A stretch of DNA of 32,000 nt from Xanthomonas campestris pv. campestris str. ATCC 33913 (GCF_000007145.1 NC_003902.1:697436-729435); one strand, 5' to 3'; positions 1-10,081 are shown, numbered from the stretch's first letter. The notes: generated by a model from the sequence alone, not told the origin. Numbers and translations: made by a program.

Positions 1-1362
1 GTCCAGCCGCGGTGCACTGGCATTGCTGCGCATGTCGATCAGCGGGTTGTGGTCTTCGCTGGCGGGGTGGTGTGGCGCGCGCGAGGATGCACTGGCGTGG
101 CCGTGCTGTTGCAGGGCGTGCGCAGATGGATCGTGCTGCACGGTGTGGCCCGCATGCGTATCCGCCGGCGAGGCGCCGTGCTGTGCCGGCATGTCATGCA
201 TTGCGCCATGCGCCATGCCATCGCCGTGCCCCATATCCTGCATGGTGAGGATGGCGCGCGGATCCTGTGCCGGAATCGGCGCCTGCAAGCCGTGGCGCAC
301 CGCCAGCGTGCCGCAGGCAAATCCGGTGCGGCCCATGTCTTGTGCGAACAGCGTAAAGGCATCCTGGCCGATGGGTTCGACGAGGACATCGAATGTTTCG
401 GCGGCGGCAATGCGCAATTCATCCACGCTGACCGGATGCACATATTGGCCGTCGGCGGCGACCACGGTCATGCGCAGCCCGGGGATGCGGAGATCGAAAT
501 ACGTCATCGAAGAACCATTGATGAAACGCAGTAGCACCTTTTCGCCAGGCTTGAATAGTCCGGTCCAGTTGCCGGCCGGCGCCACGCCGTTGAGCAGGTA
601 GGTATAGGTGTTGGCGTTGACGTCGGACAGGTCGGTCGGGGTCATGCGCATGCGCCCCCACATGCCGCGGTCGGCCAACGTGGCGCGCAGCCCGTCTTCG
701 CGCGCATCACGTACGAAGTCGCCCACGGTGCGCTGGGCGTAGTTGTCGTGGCTGGGCATCTGCTTGAGCCGGCGGAACAGCGCAGCCGGGTCCAGATCGG
801 TCCAGTCCGACAGCAGCACCACGTGCTCGCGGTCAAACCGGTAGGGCGGCGGTGCCAGCGGGTCGATCACGATCGCCCCGTATAGCCCCGCCTGCTCCTG
901 GAACATCGAATGGCTGTGATACCAGTAGGTGCCGGATTGGCGCAGCGCGAAGCGGTACAGGTACTCCTGGCCCGGTGCGATGCCGTCGAAGCTCATGCCG
1001 GGCACGCCGTCCATGTTGGCCGGCAGCAGCAAGCCGTGCCAATGCACGGAGGTGAACTGGTCGGCCAGGGCGTTACGCACCCGCACGCTGACGGTGTCGC
1101 CCTCGCGCCAGCGCAGCGTGGGTGCCGGCAGCGACTGGTTGACGGTGATGGCGCTGCGCGCGCGGCCGGTGAGGTTGACCGGCATGCGGCCGATCTGCAG
1201 CGCCGCGGCGCCGCCACGCAGGACGGCGGGCGTGGCGTACGCGGGGGTGGCGCGTGCCTCGCTGCGCCACAGGCCGGTGGCCGCGGCAACGCCGCCCAGC
1301 GCCAGGCCGTGCACGAAGCGGCGGCGGGCCAGCCCGCCGTTGGACAAGGGATCGAATGACAT
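1..1362 (-). CDS. copA: Multicopper oxidase CopA (copper resistance), N-terminal 454 codons; the C-terminus lies beyond the left edge
   Basis: Absent from the ORF track because the frame stays open to the window edge. The reverse frame starting at the ATG at 1362 reads MSFDPLSNGGLARRRFVHGLALGG (twin-arginine signal). It then shows FTSVHWHGLLLP and GTYWYHSHS (multicopper-oxidase copper-ligand motifs), a Met/His-rich tract (MQDMGHGDGMAHGAMHDMPAQHG...) around 60-250, and NPLIDMRSNASAPRLD at the edge. GGAGG lies 5 nt upstream of the ATG. Confidence 0.9.
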   Translation of the reverse strand, partial: MSFDPLSNGGLARRRFVHGLALGGVAAATGLWRSEARATPAYATPAVLRGGAAALQIGRMPVNLTGRARSAITVNQSLPAPTLRWREGDTVSVRVRNALADQFTSVHWHGLLLPANMDGVPGMSFDGIAPGQEYLYRFALRQSGTYWYHSHSMFQEQAGLYGAIVIDPLAPPPYRFDREHVVLLSDWTDLDPAALFRRLKQMPSHDNYAQRTVGDFVRDAREDGLRATLADRGMWGRMRMTPTDLSDVNANTYTYLLNGVAPAGNWTGLFKPGEKVLLRFINGSSMTYFDLRIPGLRMTVVAADGQYVHPVSVDELRIAAAETFDVLVEPIGQDAFTLFAQDMGRTGFACGTLAVRHGLQAPIPAQDPRAILTMQDMGHGDGMAHGAMHDMPAQHGASPADTHAGHTVQHDPSAHALQQHGHASASSRAPHHPASEDHNPLIDMRSNASAPRLD

Positions 1363-1459
1363 GAAGCCTCCAGGCGCGGCCCGCACGGTGCAGGCAACGC
1401 GCATCGCAATGGGCCCTGCGCATGCGCGCAGGGGCGACGACGGCTGCTGCCGTCGAGGC

Positions 1460-1867
1460 TCAGGCGATGGGAGGTCGGACCGGTTGCTCGGGCGCCGGGT
1501 TGGCGCGCCCCTCGGCCAGGGCGCCCGGCATTGCGGGGCGGCCGGCCAGCGCCGCAGGCACCGCCGGCAGCGTCAGCAGGGCCAGGCTGCAGTGCTGCAG
1601 GCAATCGCAGCTGCCCAATTTGCAGCAGTCGCCTTTGCCCGCATGCTGCGCGTGATCCGGGTCGGGCAGCGGCATCGCAGCGGGCGAGGCCATGTCTTCA
1701 TGACACGGCAGTGCGTCCGGCGCGGCCGCGTGCATGCCACGCGCCGCCGACCCCATCGCGGCCGAGCCCATGGCCGGCATCGCCATGCCCACCGACGCCC
1801 ACGCGCCGGTGGCCGTATTGGCAACCAGGCACAGGCACAGCAGCAGGCGAAGCAGGCAATGCGGCAC
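1460..1867 (-). CDS. copL: CopL-like small Cys/His/Met-rich protein encoded upstream of copA
   Basis: This is the C-terminal part of track ORF 1460..2248(-). The proposed GTG start at 1867 gives [24 protein letters not shown] (signal-peptide-like). It is followed by a Met/His-rich segment and the cysteine cluster [15 protein letters not shown], which I recall as typical of Xanthomonas CopL. The longer ATG-initiated version would overlap the divergent PLP-enzyme gene. The start codon is uncertain. Confidence 0.6.
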   Translation of the reverse strand: MPHCLLRLLLCLCLVANTATGAWASVGMAMPAMGSAAMGSAARGMHAAAPDALPCHEDMASPAAMPLPDPDHAQHAGKGDCCKLGSCDCLQHCSLALLTLPAVPAALAGRPAMPGALAEGRANPAPEQPVRPPIA

Positions 1868-1997
1868 GGGGAATCGGGCGAGCGGGCAGGTACACCGAGC
1901 ATACCATCGGCGCCGTGGCCGCCCGGATGACCCGCCCGCCCATGGCACATGCGCGGCGGCGGTAGAATCAACGCCTCTCTCGCAGCACAGCCTTGCC

Positions 1998-3101
1998 ATG
2001 TCGCAGCGCCAGTGGGTGGCCGCCGCCATCCAGAAGATCGAAGCCGATTTCAACCGCTCGGCCGATACCCACCTGATTCCGATGGACCTGCCGGGGTATC
2101 CGGGCATCGACCTGTACTTCAAGGACGAGTCCAGCCACCCCACCGGCAGCCTCAAGCACCGGCTGGCGCGCTCGCTGTTCCTGTACGCGCTGGCCAACGG
2201 CTGGCTGCGCGAAGGCCGGCCGGTGATCGAGGCCTCCAGCGGCTCCACCGCAGTGTCGGAGGCCTATTTCGCGCGCCTGCTCGGGGTGCCCTTCATCGCG
2301 GTGATGCCGGCCTCGACCTCGCCGGAGAAGATCGCCGCCATCGCATTCCAGGGCGGGCGCTGCCATCTGGTCGAGCGTGCCTGCGACCTGGACAGCGCCT
2401 CGCACCAGCTGGCGCGCGAGACCGGCGGGCACTTCATGGACCAGTTCACCTACGCCGAGCGCGCCACCGACTGGCGTGCCAACAACAACATCGCCGAGTC
2501 GATCTTCAAGCAGCTTTCCGAAGAGCCGCACCCCATTCCGGAGTGGATCGTCTGCAGCCCCGGCACCGGCGGCACCAGCGCCACGCTGGGCCGCTATGTG
2601 CGCTACCGGCGCCACGACACCCGCATTCTGTGCGCGGACCCGGAGGTGTCGGTGTTCTTCGACGGTTATTGCCGCGCCGTGGACGGGCAGTGCCCCAAGG
2701 AACTGGCCATCACCGGCGGCTCGCGCATCGAAGGCATCGGCCGCCCGCGGGTGGAGTCCAGCTTCATCGCCAGCTGCGTGGATGTGATGATCAAGGTGCC
2801 AGACGCCCTGAGCCTGGCGGCCATGCGGCATGTGAGCGCCACGCTGGGCAAGCGCGTCGGCGGCTCCACCGGCACCAACTTCGTCGGCGTGCTGCAGGCG
2901 GCCCAGCGCATGCGTGACGAGGGCCGGCAGGGCTCCATCGTCACCATCCTGTGCGATGCCGGCGAGCGTTATGCGCACAGCTACTACGACCCGGCCTGGT
3001 ATGTGGCGCGCGAGATCGACGTGGACGCCAGCGACGCGGCCATTGCCGCGGCCGTGGCCGGCGCCGCGTTACCCGCCCTGCCTTGTGCTGCGCTGGAATG
3101 A
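1998..3101 (+). CDS. PLP-dependent cysteine synthase family protein (fold-type II, CysK/CBS-like)
   Basis: In-frame ATG at 1998 within track ORF 1734..3101 ([15 protein letters not shown]...). Contains [11 protein letters not shown] (PLP-lysine motif), SSGSTA and SPGTGGT glycine-rich loops. The upstream part of the track ORF overlaps copL and is unlikely to be coding. Confidence 0.85.
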   Translation: MSQRQWVAAAIQKIEADFNRSADTHLIPMDLPGYPGIDLYFKDESSHPTGSLKHRLARSLFLYALANGWLREGRPVIEASSGSTAVSEAYFARLLGVPFIAVMPASTSPEKIAAIAFQGGRCHLVERACDLDSASHQLARETGGHFMDQFTYAERATDWRANNNIAESIFKQLSEEPHPIPEWIVCSPGTGGTSATLGRYVRYRRHDTRILCADPEVSVFFDGYCRAVDGQCPKELAITGGSRIEGIGRPRVESSFIASCVDVMIKVPDALSLAAMRHVSATLGKRVGGSTGTNFVGVLQAAQRMRDEGRQGSIVTILCDAGERYAHSYYDPAWYVAREIDVDASDAAIAAAVAGAALPALPCAALE

Positions 3102-3287
3102 TCGCCATCTGCTAGGTGCGGCTGTCGCAACGCGCTGCGCGCCACAAGGCGTGCGCCGCTCGGTGTCGGGACCGGCGGTGCTTCACGCACACGTGGTGAC
3201 CGACCCAACAGCCGCATCCTGACGAGGCCACGCGCGGTCCTGTGCGCCCTCCGATGCCGCCTGATTCACTTAATTGCCGGAGATCCC

Positions 3288-5312
3288 ATGACCAACCCGC
3301 TGCTCGATTTTTCCGGACTGCCGTCCTTCGATGCGATCCGCCCCGACCATGTGGGCCCGGCGATCGATCAGCTGCTGGCCGATGCCGAGGCAGCGGTGAA
3401 GGCGGCCGAACAGGTCAGCCCGGTCAGCTGGGACAGCTTCGTGGTGCCGCTGGATGACGCCACCGAGCGCCTGTGGCGCGCCTGGGGCCAGGTCGGCCAC
3501 CTGCAGGCAGTGATGAATACCCCCGAGCTGCGCGAGGCCTACAACAGCAATCTGCCCAAGGTCAGCCGCTTCGGCAGTGCACTGGCGCAGAACCTGGCCC
3601 TGTACGCGCAATACAAGGCGTTGGCCGCCTCGCCGGAAGCTGCGCATTACGACGAAGCCCGGCGCAAGGTACTCGACAACGCGCTGCGCGATTTCCGCCT
3701 GGGCGGCGCCGAACTGGACGACGCCTCCAAGGCGCGCTTTGCACAGATCCAGGAAGAGTTGTCCGGCCTGGCCGCCAGGTTTTCGCAGAACGTGCTCGAC
3801 GCCACCGACGCGTGGGCACACGTGACGCAGGACGAGACCCAGTTGTCGGGCTTGCCGTCCGAAGTGGTTGCCGCCGCACGCGCGGCAGCGGAAAAGGATG
3901 GGGCTGCCGGCTGGAAATTCACCTTGCAGATGCCGTGCTACCTGCCGGTGCAGAGCGATGCCGACAGCCGCGAACTGCGCGCGCGGTTGTACCGCGCCAA
4001 TGCCGAGCGCGCCTCCGAATTCGGCGATGTCGCGCTGGACAACAGCGCCACCATCCAGCGCATCCTGGCGCTGCGCGCCGAGCTGGCACAGCTGCTGGGC
4101 TTTGCCAGCTACGCGGACTATTCCATCGCCACCAAGATGGCGCAAAGCCCGGATGAAGTGATGGGATTTCTGCGCGATCTGGCCGTGCGTGCCAAGCCGT
4201 ATGCACAACAGGATCGTGCCGAACTGGAAGCCTTTGCGCGCGACGAACTCGGCCTGGAACAGCTGGAAGCCTGGGACCTGGCGTATGCCGGCGAAAAGCT
4301 CAAGCAGGCGCGCTACAGCTTCTCCGAGCAGGAAGTGAAGCAGTACTTCACCGAGCCCAAGGTGCTGGCTGGCCTGTTCGATGTGATCCATAGCCTGTAC
4401 GGCCTGACTGTCAAACCCGATAGCGCGCCGGTCTGGCACCCGGACGTGCGCTTCTATCGGCTGGAAGATGCGCAGGGCGCACTGGTGGGGCAGTTTTATC
4501 TGGATCTGTACGCGCGCGAAGGCAAGCGCGGCGGCGCATGGATGGACGACTGCCGCAATCGCCGCGAGACCAGTCAGGGTGTGCAGACGCCGCTGGTGTA
4601 TCTGGTGTGCAATTTCGGCCGTGGCAGTGGCGATGCGCCGGCCACGTTCCGGCACGGCGAAGTCACCACGCTGTTCCATGAAATGGGCCACGGCCTGCAT
4701 CAATTGCTCACCCGTATCGGCGAGCTCGGCGTGGCCGGCATCAATGGCGTGGAGTGGGATGCAGTGGAGCTGCCCAGCCAGTTCATGGAGAACTTCTGCT
4801 GGGAATGGGAGCGTGTGCAGGCGATGACCGCGCACGTGCAAACCGGCGAGCCGCTGCCGCGCAATCTGTTCGACCGGCTGCTGGCCGCGCGCAATTTCCA
4901 GAGCGGCATGTTCACCGTGCGTCAGCTGGAATTCGCGTTGTTCGACATGCAATTGCACAGCAGTTTCGATCCGGCCCAGGACAGCGTGCTGGAGTTGATC
5001 GAGCGCGTGCGCGACGAAGTGGCGGTGAATCGCCCGCCGACGTGGAATCGCTTCCCGCATCAGTTCAGCCACATTTTTGCGGGCGGCTACGCGGCCGGGT
5101 ATTACAGCTACAAGTGGGCCGAGGTCCTCAGCGCCGATGCCTACGCGGCGTTCGAAGAAGCGCCCGAGCAGGTGGCCGACACCGGCGCGCGGTTCCGGCA
5201 TGAAGTGCTGGCGCGTGGTGGCAGCCGCAGCGCAGCGGACAACTTCCGCGCCTTCCGTGGACGCGCGCCCAAGATCGACGCGCTGCTGCGGCACAACGGC
5301 ATGGCGGGCTGA
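3288..5312 (+). CDS. prlC: Oligopeptidase A (M3 family zinc metallopeptidase)
   Basis: 674-aa ORF with the HEMGHGLH zinc-binding motif. Length and overall sequence are typical of PrlC/Dcp-family peptidases. A GGAG-type RBS (ccggagatccc) precedes the ATG. Confidence 0.95.
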   Translation: MTNPLLDFSGLPSFDAIRPDHVGPAIDQLLADAEAAVKAAEQVSPVSWDSFVVPLDDATERLWRAWGQVGHLQAVMNTPELREAYNSNLPKVSRFGSALAQNLALYAQYKALAASPEAAHYDEARRKVLDNALRDFRLGGAELDDASKARFAQIQEELSGLAARFSQNVLDATDAWAHVTQDETQLSGLPSEVVAAARAAAEKDGAAGWKFTLQMPCYLPVQSDADSRELRARLYRANAERASEFGDVALDNSATIQRILALRAELAQLLGFASYADYSIATKMAQSPDEVMGFLRDLAVRAKPYAQQDRAELEAFARDELGLEQLEAWDLAYAGEKLKQARYSFSEQEVKQYFTEPKVLAGLFDVIHSLYGLTVKPDSAPVWHPDVRFYRLEDAQGALVGQFYLDLYAREGKRGGAWMDDCRNRRETSQGVQTPLVYLVCNFGRGSGDAPATFRHGEVTTLFHEMGHGLHQLLTRIGELGVAGINGVEWDAVELPSQFMENFCWEWERVQAMTAHVQTGEPLPRNLFDRLLAARNFQSGMFTVRQLEFALFDMQLHSSFDPAQDSVLELIERVRDEVAVNRPPTWNRFPHQFSHIFAGGYAAGYYSYKWAEVLSADAYAAFEEAPEQVADTGARFRHEVLARGGSRSAADNFRAFRGRAPKIDALLRHNGMAG

Positions 5313-5347
5313 GCCTGCCAGGCGTGCGCCTGCCGTCGCTGGCAGGC
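5313..5347 (+). terminator. Hairpin immediately after the prlC stop (possible terminator, no U-tract)
   Basis: gcctgccag (5313-5321) pairs with ctggcaggc (5339-5347). An alternative tighter stem is gcctgcc (5327-5333) with ggcaggc (5341-5347). No T-rich tail follows. Confidence 0.35.
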
Positions 5348-5935
5348 GCTGCGTTCGCAGTGCATGCGTTCGCCGTGGAGTGCGGTGGTTTGTTTTATGG
5401 CGCATCACCCGGCAGCGCACCAGCGTTGCAGGTGCTTGCGGCCGGAGAGGGTGTGCCGTAAACCGGCGAGGCCTCCATCGCAAGGCGCGTCAAGCAAGAG
5501 ATACGCGCAAATATCGAACGGACCAACCGCGAGCGGGCCGAGATCGATGCGGCCAGGCGCTTGCAGCGCAAGCGTGATCAGGCCCGTATGGCGTGCGGCA
5601 GCAGGCAGCGTGCGGCTGAGCAGAGCGCTTCCAGGGAGTCGAATGGGCAGCCCACCAGCGTCGGGACGGCGGTGGAAGATTGCGACCGATTGCGGGACGA
5701 ATAAGGTGCTGCACCTGCGCTTTCGCGCAGGGCGGTAAAGCGTGATTGCACCTCACTGCGCTCACAGGTGCGTGTCGTCAACACGCATGCTGGCAGGGCT
5801 GCCCGGTGTAAGCATTTGCACCACACGTCCCCGCACAGATGCAAGACAGGCAAGCCCTTGCACCGCGCGGACACGGATCGCATCTCCGTCTCCGCGTATC
5901 GGCACAACGCGATCACGCGCGTCCGCATGCCGCCA

Positions 5936-7144
5936 TTACACCCGGCCGAACACCAGCACGCCGTTGGTGCCGCCGAAGCCGAAGCTGTTGGACATCACCG
6001 TGTTCAACGTCGCCTCGCGTGTAGCGCGCAGGATCGGGAAGCCTTCCGCGCGCGGGTCGAGTTCGTCGATATGCGCCGAGCCGGCCATGAAGCCATCGCG
6101 CAGCATCAGCATGCTGTAGATCGCCTCGTGCACGCTTGCCGCACCCAGCGAATGACCGGACAACGCCTTGGTCGAGGACAGCGGTGGCACGTTGTCGCCG
6201 AACACCTCGCGCACCGCGCCCAGCTCGGTGGCATCGCCCAGCGGGGTGGAGGTGCCGTGCGTGTTGAGATAGTCGATCGGGCGATCCAGCCCTTGCATCG
6301 CCATGTGCATGCAGCGCACCGCGCCCTCGCCACTGGGCGCGACCATGTCCGCGCCATCGGAGCTCACGCCGTAGCCCAGCAGTTCGGCATGGATGCGGGC
6401 GCCGCGCGCGATGGCGTGGTCGTAGTCTTCCAGCACCAACATGCCACCGCCGCTGCCGATGACGAACCCATCGCGTTGCGCATCGTAGGGACGCGAGGCC
6501 ACCGCCGGGCGATCGTTGAAGCCGGTGGACAACGCGCCCATCGCATCGAACATCACGCTCATGGTCCAGTGCAGTTCTTCGCCGCCGCCGGCAAACATCA
6601 CATCCTGCTCACCATGCCGGATCAGATCCGCGGCCGCGCCAATGCAATGCGCCGAGGTCGCGCAGGCGGCCGACAACGAATAGCTCAGGCCGCGGATCTT
6701 GAAGGCAGTGGCAAGCGATGCGGAGACTGCCGAACACATCGTGCGCGGCACCATGTACGGGCCTACCTTGCGCACGCCGCGTGCGCGCAGCAGATCGGCC
6801 GTTTCCACCTGCCACTGGCTGGAGCCGCCGCCGGAGCCGGCAATCACGCCGGTGCGCAGGTCGCTGACCTGCTCGGGCGACAGGCCGGCATCGGCAATGG
6901 CATCGCGCATCGCCAGGTAGGCGTAGGCCGAGGCATCGCCCATGAAGCGCTTGAGCTTGCGGTCGATCAATCCGTCCAGGTCGATGTCCACCGCGCCGCC
7001 CACCTGGCTGCGCAGACCCGCTTCGGCATGGTCGGGTAATGCGGTGATGCCCGAGCGGCTTTCGCGCAGCGCGCTGGAGACCGTGTCCAGGTCATTGCCC
7101 AGGCACGAATTGATGCCCATTCCGGTGACGACAACACGGCGCAT
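5936..7144 (-). CDS. fabB: 3-oxoacyl-ACP synthase I (KAS I)
   Basis: Internal ATG at 7144 of track ORF 5936..7468(-) gives [17 protein letters not shown]..., 402 aa. It has the KAS motifs [11 protein letters not shown] (active-site Cys), NTHGTSTP and the GFGGTN tail. The start overlaps the fabA stop (TGATG). Confidence 0.95.
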   Translation of the reverse strand: MRRVVVTGMGINSCLGNDLDTVSSALRESRSGITALPDHAEAGLRSQVGGAVDIDLDGLIDRKLKRFMGDASAYAYLAMRDAIADAGLSPEQVSDLRTGVIAGSGGGSSQWQVETADLLRARGVRKVGPYMVPRTMCSAVSASLATAFKIRGLSYSLSAACATSAHCIGAAADLIRHGEQDVMFAGGGEELHWTMSVMFDAMGALSTGFNDRPAVASRPYDAQRDGFVIGSGGGMLVLEDYDHAIARGARIHAELLGYGVSSDGADMVAPSGEGAVRCMHMAMQGLDRPIDYLNTHGTSTPLGDATELGAVREVFGDNVPPLSSTKALSGHSLGAASVHEAIYSMLMLRDGFMAGSAHIDELDPRAEGFPILRATREATLNTVMSNSFGFGGTNGVLVFGRV

Positions 7145-7659
7145 CAGAAATTCTCCGTCGAAGTGAACATGCCCACGCGCAGATCCTTGGCGGCGTAGAT
7201 CTCGCGCCCATCCACCAACATGCGCGCATCGCTCTGTGCCATCACCAGCTTGCGGTTGATGACCCGGCTGATCTCGATTTCGTAGGTCACCAGCGTTGCG
7301 GTGGGCAGCACCTGGCCGGTGAATTTCACCTCGCCACAGCCCAGCGCGCGTCCGCGGCCCGGCGCACCGATCCAGGTGAGAAAGAAGCCGGTCAGTTGCC
7401 ACATCGCATCCAGGCCGAGGCAGCCGGGCATCACCGGGTCGCCGATGAAGTGGCAATTGAAGAACCACAGGTCCGGGCGGATATCGAGCTCGGCGCGGAT
7501 CAGGCCCTTGCCGTGGCTGCCGCCGTTGTCGTTGATCTCGGTGATGCGGTCGAACATCAGCATCGGGTCGTTCGGCAGACGGCCGCTGTTGGGGCCGAAC
7601 AATTCCCCGCGCGCGCTGGCCAGCAATTGGTCACGCGAGTACGCATTTTGACGAGTCAT
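7144..7659 (-). CDS. fabA: 3-hydroxydecanoyl-ACP dehydratase/isomerase
   Basis: ATG at 7659 gives 171 aa: [22 protein letters not shown]...[25 protein letters not shown]...[11 protein letters not shown]. This is near-colinear with E. coli FabA as I recall it. Confidence 0.95.
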   Translation of the reverse strand: MTRQNAYSRDQLLASARGELFGPNSGRLPNDPMLMFDRITEINDNGGSHGKGLIRAELDIRPDLWFFNCHFIGDPVMPGCLGLDAMWQLTGFFLTWIGAPGRGRALGCGEVKFTGQVLPTATLVTYEIEISRVINRKLVMAQSDARMLVDGREIYAAKDLRVGMFTSTENF

Positions 7660-7741
7660 CACGAACGGTTTCCTGCAAGAGCAAAAGGCGAGGGCGGCAA
7701 GCGTGCATGAGCCCGTACGGTTCAATCAAACGTTTTATCCG

Positions 7742-7753
7742 TACGCATGCGTA
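7742..7753. promoter_or_regulatory. Perfect 12-bp palindrome TACGCATGCGTA in the fabA/dinB divergent region (candidate operator)
   Basis: Read directly from the sequence. It lies about 85 nt upstream of the fabA start and about 115 nt upstream of the dinB start. Its CGTAC..GTACG-like half-sites resemble the FabR/DesT-type sites I remember for fabA/fabB promoters. Confidence 0.3.
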
Positions 7754-7865
7754 GTGTTTTCAAGCAATTGCGCACTGCAGCAACTGCGGGCCAACGACTG
7801 GCGCAAGGCATGAGACGCGGCTGATTTATCATGCGCAGCAAGACTGTGCTGGGGAATCTGGCTTG

Positions 7866-8945
7866 ATGCGCAAGATCGTTCACGTGGACATGGATGCGTT
7901 CTACGCGTCCGTGGAACAACGTGATGATCCGTCGCTGCGCGGCAAGCCGGTGGTGGTGGCCTGGCGCGGCGCGCGCTCGGTGGTGTGCGCTGCCTCGTAT
8001 GAAGCACGCACCTTCGGCATCCGCTCGGCGATGCCGGCCGTACGCGCCGAGCGCTTGTGCCCGGATGCGGTCTTCGTGCCGCCGGATTTCGCACGCTACA
8101 AGGCGGTGTCGCGGCAGGTGCGCGAGATCTTTCACCGGCACACCGACCTGGTCGAGCCGCTATCGCTGGACGAAGCGTATCTGGACGTCACCGAAGCCAA
8201 GACCGGCATGCAGTTGGCCACGGAAATCGCGCAGCTCATCCGGACCCAGATCCGCGAAGAAACCCAGCTCACCGCGTCGGCAGGCATCGCGCCTAACAAG
8301 TTCCTGGCCAAGATCGCCTCGGATTGGCGCAAGCCCGATGGCCAGTTCGTGATCGCGCCCAGTCGCGTGGATGCCTTCCTGCTGCCGCTGCCGGTCAACC
8401 GTATTCCCGGCGTGGGCAAGGTCATGGATGGCAAGCTGGCGGCGTTGGGCATCGTCACCGTGAGTGACTTGCGCTTGCGGCCACTGGAAGAACTGCAGGC
8501 GCATTTCGGCAGTTTCGGGCAAAGCCTGTACCGGCGTGCACGCGGCATCGACGAGCGGCCGGTGGAGCCGGACCAGGAAGTGCAATCGGTGTCTTCCGAG
8601 GACACCTTCAGTGAAGATCTGGCACTTGATGCGCTTGACCCGCACATCCAGCGGCTGGCCGAAAAGACCTGGCATGCGACGCGGCGCACCGAGCGGATTG
8701 GCCGCACGGTGGTGCTCAAGCTGAAGACCTCCAACTTTCGCATCCTCACTCGCTCGTATACGCCCGAGCAGCCGCCGGCGTCGTTGCAGGGGCTGGTCGA
8801 TATCGCGTTGGGGCTGACCCGGCGCGTGGAGTTGCCGCCGGAGACACGTTACCGCCTGGTCGGCGTGGGGCTGAGCGGTTTTTCCGACCCCGAGCTGCAG
8901 GCCGCGGTGCAGGGCGAATTGTTCGGCGAGGTGCCGCAGCAGTAA
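7866..8945 (+). CDS. dinB: DNA polymerase IV (Y-family translesion polymerase)
   Basis: MRKIVHVDMDAFYASVEQRDDPSLRGKPVVV... is the canonical DinB N-terminus with catalytic DMD and SLDEAYLD motifs. The ATG at 7866 is preferred over the TTG one codon upstream used by the track. Confidence 0.95.
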   Translation: MRKIVHVDMDAFYASVEQRDDPSLRGKPVVVAWRGARSVVCAASYEARTFGIRSAMPAVRAERLCPDAVFVPPDFARYKAVSRQVREIFHRHTDLVEPLSLDEAYLDVTEAKTGMQLATEIAQLIRTQIREETQLTASAGIAPNKFLAKIASDWRKPDGQFVIAPSRVDAFLLPLPVNRIPGVGKVMDGKLAALGIVTVSDLRLRPLEELQAHFGSFGQSLYRRARGIDERPVEPDQEVQSVSSEDTFSEDLALDALDPHIQRLAEKTWHATRRTERIGRTVVLKLKTSNFRILTRSYTPEQPPASLQGLVDIALGLTRRVELPPETRYRLVGVGLSGFSDPELQAAVQGELFGEVPQQ

Positions 8946-9081
8946 CGCGCTGACACGGCCTGCGGCAACGACCGATGCCGCGGACGCACCCGCACTCACC
9001 CCGCTGATTGCAGCACTGCACTGACACGTCCTGAATCAGCCGCTTCGTACACTGCGCGCTCCCCTACGCAAAGGCGACCCG

Positions 9082-9732
9082 ATGTTTCCGTATCCGCTGG
9101 TGATCTTCGACCTGGATGGCACGCTGGTGGACAGCGCATCGGATATTGCCGAGGCCCTCAACGGCACCTTGCAGGAACTCGGCCTGCAGCAGTTTCCCGA
9201 AGCCACCGTGCGCAGCTGGATCGGCGAGGGCGTACACACACTGTTGGCCACCGCTTTGCGCGAAGCAGGCAGCGACCGCGATGTGGATGCGGAAATGCCG
9301 GTGATGATGCGCCACTACGAAGCCAGCCTGCTGCATCATCCGCACTTGTATCCAGGCGTTGCCGAGGCCTTGCCTGCGTTGCGCAGCGCAGGCGCCACGC
9401 TGGCGTTATGCACCAACAAGCCGGCGCGTTTCATCCAGCCCTTGCTCGAACACCTGGGCATTGCGGCGCAGTTTGCGACGGTGCTCGGCGGCGATTCGTT
9501 GCCGCAACGCAAGCCTAGTGCAGCGCCCTTGCTGCATCTGGCGCAGCAGTTCCAACATGCGCCCGCGCAGTGCCTGATGGTGGGCGACTCGGCCACCGAT
9601 GCCGCCGCTGCGCAGGCCGCCGGCATGCCGTTGGCGATGGTGCGGTATGGCTACCTGCGTGGCTTCGATGTGGAGCACGCCGGCGCGGTTGCGGTGATCG
9701 ACGACATGCGCGCGCTGCTCATGCTGCACTGA
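9082..9732 (+). CDS. gph: HAD-superfamily phosphoglycolate phosphatase
   Basis: 216 aa. Contains VIFDLDGTLVDS (HAD motif I), CTNK (motif II region), KP...MVGDSATD (motifs III/IV). Gph-like length and layout. Confidence 0.85.
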   Translation: MFPYPLVIFDLDGTLVDSASDIAEALNGTLQELGLQQFPEATVRSWIGEGVHTLLATALREAGSDRDVDAEMPVMMRHYEASLLHHPHLYPGVAEALPALRSAGATLALCTNKPARFIQPLLEHLGIAAQFATVLGGDSLPQRKPSAAPLLHLAQQFQHAPAQCLMVGDSATDAAAAQAAGMPLAMVRYGYLRGFDVEHAGAVAVIDDMRALLMLH

Positions 9733-10081
9733 GCACGCGCGTTGGTGAGTGACGCGTGACGCGGCAAATCAGCGGTAATGGATGCGTCCTTTGCCGAGGT
9801 GCATGACGCATGCAGCGCGCTGACGCAGTGTGCAATGAATCGCATATGTGTAGATGCGCGGATCGCGAGGCTGTATGCGTGACCGAGGGGTGACGCCCAC
9901 GCCCGGCGTGCGGCTGGACCAGTGCGGCCGGTTCGGCAACACCCTCAGTCCCAGCCTCATAGCGGCGCTTCGAGGACTGGGCCACGGGCAAACGTTAAGC
10001 GCTTCGCTCGTGCCGACCTTGCAGGCCGCAGCGGCGCGCTAGCGGCCCGTCACACCCGCATATGCGCTGCGTGCGGCCGCG

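Noticed and set aside
3270-5483. 737-aa ORF on the minus strand
   Set aside because: It is fully antisense to prlC, whose product has a clear M3 peptidase motif. Its translation is Arg/Ala/Gly/His-rich and low in complexity, typical of shadow ORFs in GC-rich DNA.
5578-5928. 116-aa Cys-rich minus-strand ORF directly downstream of fabB
   Set aside because: Not annotated as a CDS. It has no recognisable family and an odd composition of about 9 percent Cys. Third-position GC is about 74 percent by my count, which appears lower than the neighbouring genes look by eye. It is kept only as part of the gap finding.
5768-7039. 423-aa plus-strand ORF
   Set aside because: It is antisense to fabB, which is unambiguous. 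No recognisable motifs. It has a shadow-ORF composition.
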